From Camelus ferus (taxonomy: Eukaryota), in assembly GCF_009834535.1 (NCBI RefSeq), contig NC_045696.1, positions 102,736,001 to 102,800,000 on the forward strand: a DNA stretch of 64,000 nucleotides, read 5' to 3'. A program made the translations under genes and the position numbers. Positions 53,874 to 64,000 of this stretch are shown one piece after another. Each line of letters begins with the position of its first letter. Positions within the stretch are counted from its first letter, which is position 1. The notes beneath the pieces are model-generated. The model saw nothing but the letters and a program-made list of their open reading frames with translations. It searched no databases and was not told where the DNA came from.

Positions 53874-54249
53874 TGAGACAGGAGGGAAGGGAGCAGGGCA
53901 CAACCACTGAAGGAAGGATGCAGCAGCTGAGGACAGGACAAATGGGTCAGAACTAAGACGGCGAAGACTCGACTTCCAGTAGACCTTGAGCCTCATGGTG
54001 CACCCACAGGCGTCAGGACAGTTCCCAGGCTGACCGTTAAAGGTCCAAAAGTGGGCAGGGGCCCAATTCCTGGAAATCTCTGCCCCTTCCCCAAAGTAGC
54101 TGGAATAATCCTCCTACTCAGTAGCATCTGAAATTACCGAGCCCATGAAAACTAACAGCTCCGCACGTCGTGGTCTCCGTCTCCCTCTCCCTCTTCCCCA
54201 CTTCTTCCCCCTCCCCCTCTGTCTCTCTCTGTCTCTCTCTGTCTCTGTG

Positions 54250-54337
<88 letters not shown>

Positions 54338-54463
54338 CTTCTGAGACAGCCCACACTCCTGTCTATGGAGTGTGTATCTCTCTAGATAAACTTGCTTTCA
54401 CTTTACTACGCCTCACTCTTGAATTCCTTACTGCGCGAGGCAAGAATCTGTTCTCCGACAGCA
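53874..54463 (+). mobile_element. ERV1-like solo LTR related to 42787-43317, with an internal (CT)n expansion
   Basis: Shares tgagacagga, cacaaccactga, ttcccaggctgacc, caattcctggaaat and ctcttgaattc blocks; flanks gttg/cttg; interrupts an old L1 3' fragment. Confidence 0.8.
54176..54335. repeat. Compound polypyrimidine microsatellite (CTCC/CTGTCT/(CT)n)
   Basis: Directly visible; it generates the spurious ER/SL ORFs at 54114-54474. Confidence 0.97.
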
Positions 54464-55289
54464 CTTGCTTCTGAGAAAGGAGGGCGAGTGAGACTGGGGA
54501 TGAGGACAAAGGAAAACTCATTTTATCTAAAATTATTTATTTACTTCATTAAGGGAGACTTTAAAAATGTGTTTACAAGTGTTAACAATAATCAATTCAG
54601 GATGGTTGGCACCCAGGTGTTTGTTACAGTATATTTTTAAAATATTCATAACAAAGAAAAATCAAGGATACAGACTGTAGATTCTTTACCTACAAGGTCA
54701 TTTTACTGTAGATTCTTCAAGTGGAAAGTCATCTTCAGAGAATACACTTTCCAGAGACCTTTAGAGTGATAATCCAGGAACTCTCAGCAAAGTTCACATC
54801 CCGGGGCATCAGACCATCTTGGTTCCTCATATAAATATGCAGAGCAGCTGTGTGCTGTAGTGAAAGGGTTCACTGCGGAGTGCATCTCACTTGCAGTAGA
54901 ATTTCTCCTTGGCCTTTGGTGCAGGATGGCACTTGTCTCTGGTTCCAGTAGACCCACAGCTGGTACAGAGCTCCCCTGCAACCTTCCTTCAAAAGAGGTT
55001 TTGTCAGGGTTGTTGGGCTTTGTGTTCAAAATTACAGTGATGTAATCCATTTCCGACGCCAACGTGTTTGTATCTTATTCTCAGAGAAGCTTCAACCTTT
55101 CATTGCATTGGGACCAAATAAAGAACGTTTGAGAAGGAATGATTTGTCCCATGGGGAATGAGTAAGCAAGCCCCTATTCCATCTCAGCAGCCTGACTACA
55201 GGAACGAACAAACACGATTTCTTAGTGTCAGAGAACTGAGAAATGACCAATGAAACAAGATTCTGATGCCCAGTGTCCTTCCTTTTTTC

Positions 55290-57270
55290 AATCATCTGAA
55301 GACTCCAGGAGAGTCTTCCTCATTTCTTATAAATTGTAGCTCCTGGCTTGTGGTCACTGTCTTCTGCACGCTTCCTTGTCATAATTCACAGTCATCTCAG
55401 TATCTATGTGGATGATCCTTTGGGTTTTTAGCCTCCTCTTCTCCAATGAGCTTACCCTGCCTCAGTCCTCAGACACCCACTTCCATTGTCATCATCCTTG
55501 CTGCCGCCACGAACTAGGTTGTCACTGTCCTCATCCCACTGTGTCCTGATTTCTGTTCTTAACCCAGCTGGGATTCTGTGGTCCACCACTGGAGCCATTC
55601 CCCTGCCTCTGCCCTCTCTCCCCTCATAGTCCTAAGTTGGCAAACACCGCTCCACCTCCCCAACCTCCCAGCCACCACTGCTTAAATCCATCTCCACCAG
55701 CCCTGCGCCTCCACCCAGGGAGCCGAATGTGGCTGGGGAAAGGTACAACCATGCAGCGAGGACTCACTGTTGTTCCTTTCTATTGAGGCGCAATTGATGT
55801 ACAATATTATCTAAGTTACAGGTATACACATAGTGATTCACAATTTGTAAAGGTTACACTCCATTTATAGTTATTATAGAATATTGGCTATATTCCCTGT
55901 GTTGCATAATATATCCTTGTGGCCTATTTATTTTACACATAATAGTTTGTACTTCTTAATCCTCTACCCGATCTTACCCCCTCCCCTTCCCTCTGCCCAC
56001 CCGTGACCACTAGCCTGTTCTCTGTATCTGAGATTCTGTTTCATTTTGTTATATTCACTAGTTGTTTTATTTTTTAAGTTCCACATAAAAGTGGTACCAC
56101 ACAGTATTTGTCTTTCTCTGACTTATTTCAATAAGCATAATGCCGTCCAAGTCCATCCATGGTGCTGCAAATGGCAGAATTTCCTTCTTTTTTTCACAAC
56201 TGAATAGTATTCCATTGTATATGTACACCATATCTTCTTTATCCAAGTCATCTGTCAGTGAACACTTAGGTTGCTTCCATGTCTTGGAATCTGTAAATAA
56301 TGCTGCTGTGAACAGTGGAGTGCATGTATCTTTTCGTATTAGTGTTTTTGTGGGGTTTTTTCCCCCTGAGTAAATAAGCAAGGGTGGAATTGCTGGGTTA
56401 TGTGGTAGCAAGGACTCACTTTTAATTTATTTACTTCCAGTAACCCCTCAGCACTCATGGCAGCCCTGTGGCATTTCCTTCATCCATTCACACACCTTCT
56501 CAGTTCTCAGACACCCAGTAGCTCCTCTCAACATCCACTCTTGCTGCTGATGACCTTGTTTCCTATTTTACTAAGAAAAACAAAGCAGTCAGAAGAAGAA
56601 TTTCATATGTGCTCACAACCTGATGTCCAATGTCTGCCTGTCTTCCTCTCACTGGGCAGAACCATCCTGTCTACAACTGCCCCTCCGTCTGTGTCTTGGA
56701 TCACATCTCCCCTTGCCTGCCCAGCGACATTTCTCCAGCAATTCTCCCTCCCTTTTCCTTCATCAATTTTGCTCCCCCTTCAGAATCATTCCCACTGACA
56801 TGCAAACACCCATATTACAGTTGCCCCATATCACTGTGTTTATCTCTCCAGCAAAACTCCTTGACAGGTTTGCCTGTATTTATTAGCACCAATCCCTCTC
56901 ACTCCATTTTCTCTGCTTCCTTCTCTTATCAGGCTTTGCCCTACTGCTCCACCAGAATAGCCTCATTGGAGCCACCAGTGACCTCTGGTTGCTAAACCCA
57001 GTGGTCATTTCTCAGTCCTCATCTGCTTGGACTCAGCAGCAGCGTCTGACTCAGCTGACCAGACTTTCCTCCTTGACACACTCTCTTCCCTTGGCTTCTG
57101 GGCACCACACCCTTCTTGGTTGCCTCCAGCTTACTGACTAAGCCTTTGTGGTGGTTTGACCTTATCTTGAAGACCCGATGACATTGGAATGCCCTGGAGC
57201 CTCATCCTTAGACCTCTTCCCTTTTTCATCTACACTCACTCTGTGGGTGGATGAGTCTCATAGCTTTTTT
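55290..57270 (+). mobile_element. L2 fossil (interrupted by the L1 at 55769-56410)
   Basis: Pyrimidine-rich L2 motifs: caccagtgacctc..gttgctaaacccagtggtcatttctcagtcctcatc, gcagcgtctgac, cttggcttctg. Confidence 0.75.
55769..56410 (-). mobile_element. 5'-truncated L1 3' end with TSD, nested in an L2
   Basis: Track ORF 56067..56411 resembles the L1 ORF2 C-terminus (DTCTPLFTAALFT...WKQPKC); TSD aggactcact at 55759-55768 and 56411-56420. Confidence 0.9.
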
Positions 57271-58846
57271 GCTATGAGCTGAATTAAGCTGAATTGCCTT
57301 CCCTAGGTTTATCTAAACACTTACACAAAGTCATTATTCATGCAAGGACAGTCCTAATTAATTTAGTTTAGAATGTTTTTTGGGGCTGGGGATTTTTTCA
57401 GTGGCTCATGGAAAGCTTGCTTTTTATTCAAGTTTACAGATGTGACATCACATTTTGAGAATTTTCTGATCATGGAATAAACAGAGATTGTATGCAGCAA
57501 GACAAAACAAACGGAAAAAACCCAAGGATGTTCTACAACAGATATCTCAGTGAGAATGTTGAAAAGTTAAATTGCATTTTCTACATCAGTTTCTTAGACT
57601 GTGGCTTGGGATACTCACCCTATTAATATGAGCTCCCAGCAATTAGAATGCAACCATGGCAAAGCCAAACCATCCCCTTTCCTGTGACTACTCCACTACG
57701 GTTTCTATGTTGGAGTGTGTTTCTGTGTTGGAGTGTGTTTGCAAAAAAGGCAGATAGCACCAAAACGCTTCTTATCATAGGAAGAAAAAAATTAATGGTA
57801 CTGAACTTACCAACATGGGGAAGCCATAGTTATGTGAAAGCATCTGTTGATTCTTGAATCTGAGGCCATTACTTAAGATGGATGTAAACCAACCAGTGTT
57901 CCTTGTGGGTTGTTGTTGTTTTAAATCACTGAGCTTTCTTATCTGCAAGTTTTTACAGATTGAAATTCTTATACTACTGAGTATAAAACAAATCAGATTA
58001 AGACTTTATGACTTGAATGAAGAAATTAAAAGATAGTGTGAACTGGGAAAGAGATGGGGCTTTTGTAAGAATCCTGTCAAATGCTTTTGTAGCCATTTTT
58101 TCCCCCTACCTATTCAGGAAACAGGGAGGGATGAATCATAAGAATTATGTAGAGGAAATTATAGTGAAGAAAGTCTTATGAGAAAGTGAAAACACCTTTT
58201 ATTCATCAGTGTGTGGTGTCTCAAGGCTGCCTGGTATATAAAATTTTCTCCTGGAAAACAAACAAAAACTCAGTGACTTTGAGAAGAAGTGATTCAACAG
58301 TTACTCAGTTAACATAATCAATAGTTGGTCTAGATTTTTCAGGACCCAAAGTGAATTATCTATAAATTAACTGCACAATTGCCAGATCACCCCTTCAGTT
58401 TGAACTTCAGAGAAACATTCTGTATATCGAGATTGTCCTGTTGTATTAGTGTGAGGAATGACATTTCAAATGTTTCTCTGCCAAGAGATGTCTCTGAGCG
58501 CCACAGTGTTCTAGGACCTGCACATGTGTGCTAAGGTCCAGTCAGGACTGGTAGTCTTTGTCAGCAATGACTTATCAATTAATGAGACAGCCAATATTTC
58601 ACAGCTTTGTTGAGACAAGCTTCCTAGGGATAAAATCATGTACCCTAGAGAAGTGTGGAATTTGTTAGCAAACACTTCTATTTTATCAGGAAAGCATTAT
58701 GGCAGAAAACCTTTCCTGGCTTAGTTCAGAGCTGAGGGAAGAAAGAGCATCGTCTTGGGCCTTAGACTTTTGTCTGCTCATCTTAGTAACTGGCTTCAGA
58801 CGTGCTGTTCGTGACATGATTTTCCTTTTGGCCCTTTTCTTGGCAG

Positions 58847-59102
58847 GTTCCCGAGGGAAAAGTAGTAGTTCTTAACTTCCGGTTCATAGACCTCGAGAGC
58901 GACAACTTGTGTCGCTATGACTTTGTGGACGTCTACAACGGCCACGCCAACGGCCAGCGCATCGGGCGGTTCTGCGGCACCTTCCGGCCCGGAGCCCTTG
59001 TGTCCAGCAGCAACAAGATGATGGTGCAGATGATTTCCGACGCCAACACAGCCGGGAATGGCTTCATGGCCATGTTCTCTGCCGCCGAACCAAACGAAAG
59101 AG
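58847..59102 (+). CDS. PCOLCE2: PCOLCE2 coding exon 3 (rest of CUB1 domain); gene continues beyond the window
   Basis: Acceptor cttttcttggcag| and donor |gtatcg. The 256 nt read VPEGKVVVLNFRFIDLESDNLCRYDFVDVYNGHANGQRIGRFCGTFRPGALVSSSNKMMVQMISDANTAGNGFMAMFSAAEPNER(G). Overlaps track ORF 58907..59119. Confidence 0.97.
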
Positions 59103-59699
59103 GTATCGTTTCCACGTGACAGCAGTAATAAGGGCTCAGTTATTGAACGGCTGCTGTGTGTCCGTCCGGCACTGTTGTAGGCACTTTCTATGGACGTCCT
59201 CATTTAATCTAAAGTTTAAGAGCAGCTCTTCTCAAACAGAGAGCTAATAAACGCCACCAAACCATCAAGAGACCATTAAAAGGACAGTCTCTTTTTTTAA
59301 AAGCCCATATATGTTCTCATAAAAATTCAAATATGGAATCTCCTCAAGTAAAAATGTGAAGCTTGCATATAGATATACACGTGCAGATACAGAAACATTT
59401 CACCCCATTGTCATCCCCTCTTACAGTCAGCCACGGATGGTGGTTCTCACACCTTCTATGTGCACTTGTTTGTGTGTGTGTACTTTTGCAATAGCTTCTA
59501 AAATACAGAAGTGGGATTATACATTCATACTGTTTCACAACTTCTTCGTTTCTCTTGATGCAACGAGTTGGGATATTTTCATATCAGTACACGTGAGTTC
59601 CCAAGGGAGGAAACCTGTACCGCTGGACCGAGACTGCAGTGGTCAGGATCTGTTAATTTTGCAGTCTTGTGCCTGAGGGCACTCCCTAATCGTCTCTTG

Positions 59700-62600
59700 C
59701 CTTGGGCTACAGAACAACATCACTGGTCTGAGATATTATAGTATGACGTACAGAATCTGGGGCTGACAGCAGCCAGGACATTTGGAAGGAAATCCTGGAG
59801 CTACTGAAGAACTGAGGCACAAAATAGACATATAAAATCCACTCAAATCTTTGGCTAACAGCTAAACTCTATAGTTGGGGGGAGCCCGGTTGGCCTGGCA
59901 TCATCTGGAAGATGAATAAACCTAATAGAGATTACAGTTGCTACCCACTGCCAGGGCGACAGATTTTGAGCTTGCGTCTAACCAAGTTGAATGCCTGCTG
60001 AAACAAAAATCACTTTTCATAGGAACACAACAGAATCTAGAGACTTTATAATGTATCATTCATTATGTCCAGTATCCAGTCACATGATGAAATCAGAGAT
60101 GTGTGTCCATATTCAAGAAAAAAAGAATCAATATAATCTGACCCCCAAATAACCCAGAGGTTACAAGAAGCAGACAAGCACTTTAAAGCAACTATTATAA
60201 ATATATTTAAGGATCTAAATGGGAAGTGTATGTGGAAAAATAAATGGATTGAGATCCTCAGAAAAGAAACACTATTTTCAAAAAACAAAAAAAAAAATCT
60301 TAATACTTGAGCTGAAAGATAGAGAATATGAAATTTTAAAATTTACTTGATAGGCTAATAAGCAGACTGGAGATGGTAGAAGAAAAAGGCAGTGGATTGG
60401 AATAGAAGTGATTCAGTCTGAAGAACCAGGAGGAGAAAGATGAAAGAAAGAGAGCGTTGGAGACCAGTGAGACAGTATCACGTGGTCTAACATATGTGTA
60501 ATTCGTGTTCCAGAAGGAAGAGAGTGATAATAATGCAGAAAAAATATCCCAAGAAATAATGACTTGAATGACTCCTCACTACCCAAATTTAGTGAGGAAC
60601 ACCAATTTATAGAGCCAAGAAGATGAACAAACCGCAAATAAGGTAAATAAAAATGAAGCCACACCTAAGCACATCGTCATTAAATTACAGAAATCTAAAG
60701 ATAAAGAGAAAATCTTAAAGATTAATCAGATAAAAACCAACTTACATACAGAGGAGCAAGGTAGGAGCAATGACTTTCTTATAATTGGAAATAATGGAGG
60801 CCAGAGGGCAGTGGAGCAGCATTTTTAAAGTGCTGGAATAAAACTGAATTCTACCCAGAATTCTATAGCCAGTCTTCAAAAATGAAAGTGAAATGAAGAC
60901 ATTTTCAGAAAAGCACCTGCAGCACAAGAAATATTGGAGGACGTTCCTTGAGTTGAAGGGAAATGACCCCACAGGGTAATCCAAAGGTAATGGAAGGATT
61001 GAAGGCCACTGGAAATGGTAAATATCGAAGACTATGGATTCTTTTCTTTTCTTCCCTTAATTTCTTTACAGGGGACTGTTCAAAACAAAACTGACAAAAA
61101 CGTTTAATGCTGTATTGGGTCGAGCGTGATGTATGATACATATGACAACATAGAACAAAGGATGGAGAGGCCAGTGGAAATACCCAGTAGACGAAGAAAT
61201 ACACTGTTAACACTAAATAGGTTGTGATAAGTTAAAGATGTGTATTGTAGTCCCTAGAGAACCCACGAACAATGCACAAGTTTTAGCTAAAAGCCAAAAG
61301 ATGAAAATAGAATACCAGAATTATTCAGCTAACCTGAAGAAGGCAGACAGGGGAGCAGATGGAACAAGAGAAAGGTGAGACAAACAGAACAAAGTAGTAA
61401 CAGGCACACTAAACCCAAACCCAAGCATGTCTATAAATACATTGAATGTAAAGCATGAAATGCTCCAATTAGAAGGCAGTAAGTATTAGAATGGTTAAAA
61501 AGCAGAGCCCAACTGCATGTTGTCTACAAGAAAGCACTTGAAATATGAGGACAAAGTAGGTTGAACATAAAGGGATGGAAAAATATGTACCACGCAAGGG
61601 CCATTAAAGTCAAAACTAATGCTTATAAAAAAAACTTGTTACAGGGGAGGAGGGTATGTAGCTCAAGCAGTAGAGCACATGCTTAGCATTCACAAGGTCC
61701 TGGGTTCAATCCCCAGTACCTCCTCTAAAAACAAGCAAACTAACAAACCTAGTTACTTCCCCCCACCAAAAAATAAATGGATTAATTAAATTTTTTAAAA
61801 ATGCAGATGCCATTTTTTAAAAAAAAAGTTACAAAGATAAATAGGCAATCTACAGAATAGGAGAAAATATTTGCAAAAGTATCTGATAAAGGATTTGTGT
61901 TCAGAATATACAAAGAACTCATACAACTTAACAATAAAGAGCTAAAAATGCCAGTAAGTATAAAAATAGTCAAACACTTGAATGGATACTTGACGAAAGA
62001 TGTCATATGAATGATTAATAAGTACCTGAAAAACTGTTCAGTATCATTAGTTAACAAAGGAATGCAAATTAGAATGACAGTGCGATACCATTACACACCC
62101 GCCAGGTTGGCTAAAAAACCCGACAGCGCTAAATGGTAGCAGGCAAAGTGCTCATCCCTTGAGAGACAGAAAATGCTACAACCACGTGGGGAAAAATTTT
62201 GGTAGTTTCCTATGAAGTTAAACATCTACATCTACCCTTGGCCCAGCAGTTGCATTCCTGGATATTTATGCAAGAGAAATGAAAATACATGTCCACAAAG
62301 AGATTTGTACAGAAATGTTCAGAGCAGCTTCATTCACAGTAGCCCAGACTGGAAACCAAAGGCATATCACTGGGAGAATGGGTGAGCAACTCACGGTCCC
62401 CATACCCTGGAATACTGCTCAGCAACGTCAAGGAACAGACCACTGATACGCACAGCAACATGAATGAATCTCAGACGTTGTGTTAATAAGCAAGAGAAGT
62501 CAGGCACAGAAGAGCACACACTTTAATTCCATTTATATGAAGCTCTAGAATAAAACTCCTCTAAGGAGAAATTTTTCAGGAAAGTGGTATGGAGCGCCAG

Positions 62601-62940
62601 CAGATGGACCAGCGAGGGATACAGAAATTTTGTGGGAAATGGATTCTGTTATCGTTGGAGTGTGGCTCACACGTGTGTATCCATTTTTCAGATTTTCACA
62701 ACTAAGATTTGTGCACTTCAAAGTATTGAATTTACCTCCCCCAAACCTATAAAGTAATAATAATAGTAATAATAATGCAGGTGGTGGGCACTGGGTAGTG
62801 ATATTGATATAAAGAATAGTAGAATAGTGATAATTGTTGAAATTGGGTGATAAACACTTAGAGATTTGTTATATTGTTACGTTTACTTTGGTATATGCTT
62901 GAAATTTTCCATGAATAAAAAGTGAGAGAAATTCCAACCT
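59700..62940 (+). mobile_element. Old L1M with 5' region, decayed ORF1, ORF2 start and 3' end
   Basis: ORF1-like gactggagatggtagaagaa and ggaggccagagggcagtggagcagcatttttaaagtgctg; endonuclease-start acattgaatgtaaa...tgttgtctacaaga; 3' ORF2 ggagaaaatatttgcaa...; 3'UTR. Confidence 0.8.
61643..61825 (+). mobile_element. tRNA-derived SINE (Vic-1-like) inserted into an old L1
   Basis: ggggaggagggtatgtagctcaagcagtagag...gggttcaatccccagtacctcc with an A-rich tail; gttaca on both sides. Confidence 0.85.
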
Positions 62941-64000
62941 TATAATACATTGTCTTAAATTTAGAGCTTTAAGAATGATTTGCTTCTGTGTCAAATATTT
63001 TATTAAAGTATATTAATTTCTTTCAGTTTTTCTTTTCTTTATTGGTTAAATCCAAGTAAAATTTAATGTGAAACCTGGGTTAAAATATCTTTCTAAAATT
63101 ATTTCTGTCAATCTTTTAGGAAATACACGTAGAGGTATCTGAAATGAGATTTTTCAAATATTAATTGTGGTTAGTTTTAGGTGGTGAGATCTGAGGTAAT
63201 CTTACTCCAAGTTTAAATTTTTTTTTCACCAATGAAGAAGCAGTCTTAGTAGGAGTCTAGATGTGTCCAGGAATTGCAGTTCAGCTCCAGAGAAGAGAGG
63301 CTATGCAGGAGTCTGGCACTGCAGAATATTCTCTTCAAAACCAGGTGTGACACTAAACCTGCATCTTCGTATCTTAACAGAAATAGCACTGAGTTCAGCT
63401 CTGGTGCAACTTCGGGAAGCTCCTAGTGAAGTAATGAGACTTGTCATAAAGGGAGAGCCCCTGGCACTGCTGATTCTGAGCTCTGCGTGAACTCTGGGCT
63501 TGGGAGAGAGAGGGGAAGGGTTGGGAGAGGTTCTCACCTCCCTCACAGGATCTCAGTGAGCAGGTGGACTGAGGGATGCTGGCTGAAGATACAGCGCCCG
63601 GCGGGCTCTGGCGTGCCGCGGAGGGCCTGGCAGTCTGCTGTGAGGGCACCCGTCCCTGAGGCCCCGGGGAGAGGCCCTTTCCACTTCTGTTCTGATCTCA
63701 TTCAGAACAGAGCTGCCAGTGCCCAGCGCCCAGGCCAGGGTGGTGGCTGTGAGGAAGAGCGCTCCCTCCCGCCTCCCCGCCATGACTCCTGTACCCATTA
63801 GTCTAGGACACTTTCCTGGAGCAGTCACCTTCTCAGAGCAAGAGAGAGAGCTTGCCAGTACAGGCCCCATCTAGAAACCACTCCCACCTTCTTAAGGCTT
63901 TTCTGTATTGCTGGAAATGGATAAACACATATTATTTTTACAAACAAAACTTTTCTTAAAAATTGTTGAAGATATATGAAAAGCTTTCTAGTAATGAGAG

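Larger units (their letters stand above)
20698..58846 (+). other. PCOLCE2: PCOLCE2 intron 2 (38,149 nt, GT-AG), repeat-rich
   Basis: Phase-0 join KIT|VPE gives a continuous CUB sequence, so no intervening coding exon is needed. Confidence 0.93.

Noticed and set aside
42787..54463. The two + strand LTRs as 5' and 3' LTRs of one provirus
   Set aside because: Each has its own flanking near-duplication and they differ by large indels. No PBS or gag/pol is visible between them, and the interval holds older HAL1-like and MLT repeats.
54114..54474. ER- and SL-repeat ORFs
   Set aside because: Translation of the (CT)n microsatellite.
55049..55063. 15-nt exact match (atttccgacgccaac) to exon 3, suggesting an exon duplication remnant
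   Set aside because: The similarity does not extend on either side, and one or a few 15-mers are expected to recur by chance within 64 kb.
58796..59203. 135-aa antisense ORF over exon 3
   Set aside because: Shadow ORF of a GC3-rich coding exon with no recognisable product.

Overview
Mammalian genomic DNA, most likely a camelid. This is inferred from nine tRNA-derived SINEs resembling camelid Vic-1, and I recognised no ruminant- or pig-type SINEs. The only protein-coding gene I can support is the 5' part of PCOLCE2 (procollagen C-endopeptidase enhancer 2) on the + strand: a CpG-island promoter, exon 1 (ATG 19518, signal peptide), exon 2 (20589-20697) and exon 3 (58847-59102). Together these encode the signal peptide and the first CUB domain, separated by a 964-nt intron 1 and a 38-kb intron 2. 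The rest is mostly interspersed repeats (L1, HAL1-like, L2, MIR, MaLR/ERVL LTRs, four ERV1-like solo LTRs, SINEs). Nearly all ORFs in the supplied track are spurious. I found no convincing new biological system. The best leads are a coding (CCGCAG)n expansion giving a (PQ)6 tract at the PCOLCE2 N-terminus, a possible intronic polyadenylation site giving a secreted CUB1-only isoform, an unusually CpG-dense exon 3, and a composite LTR with an internal polypurine tract. Repeat family names and comparisons with human PCOLCE2 come from memory, not from a search. Repeat boundaries without a stated TSD are approximate.
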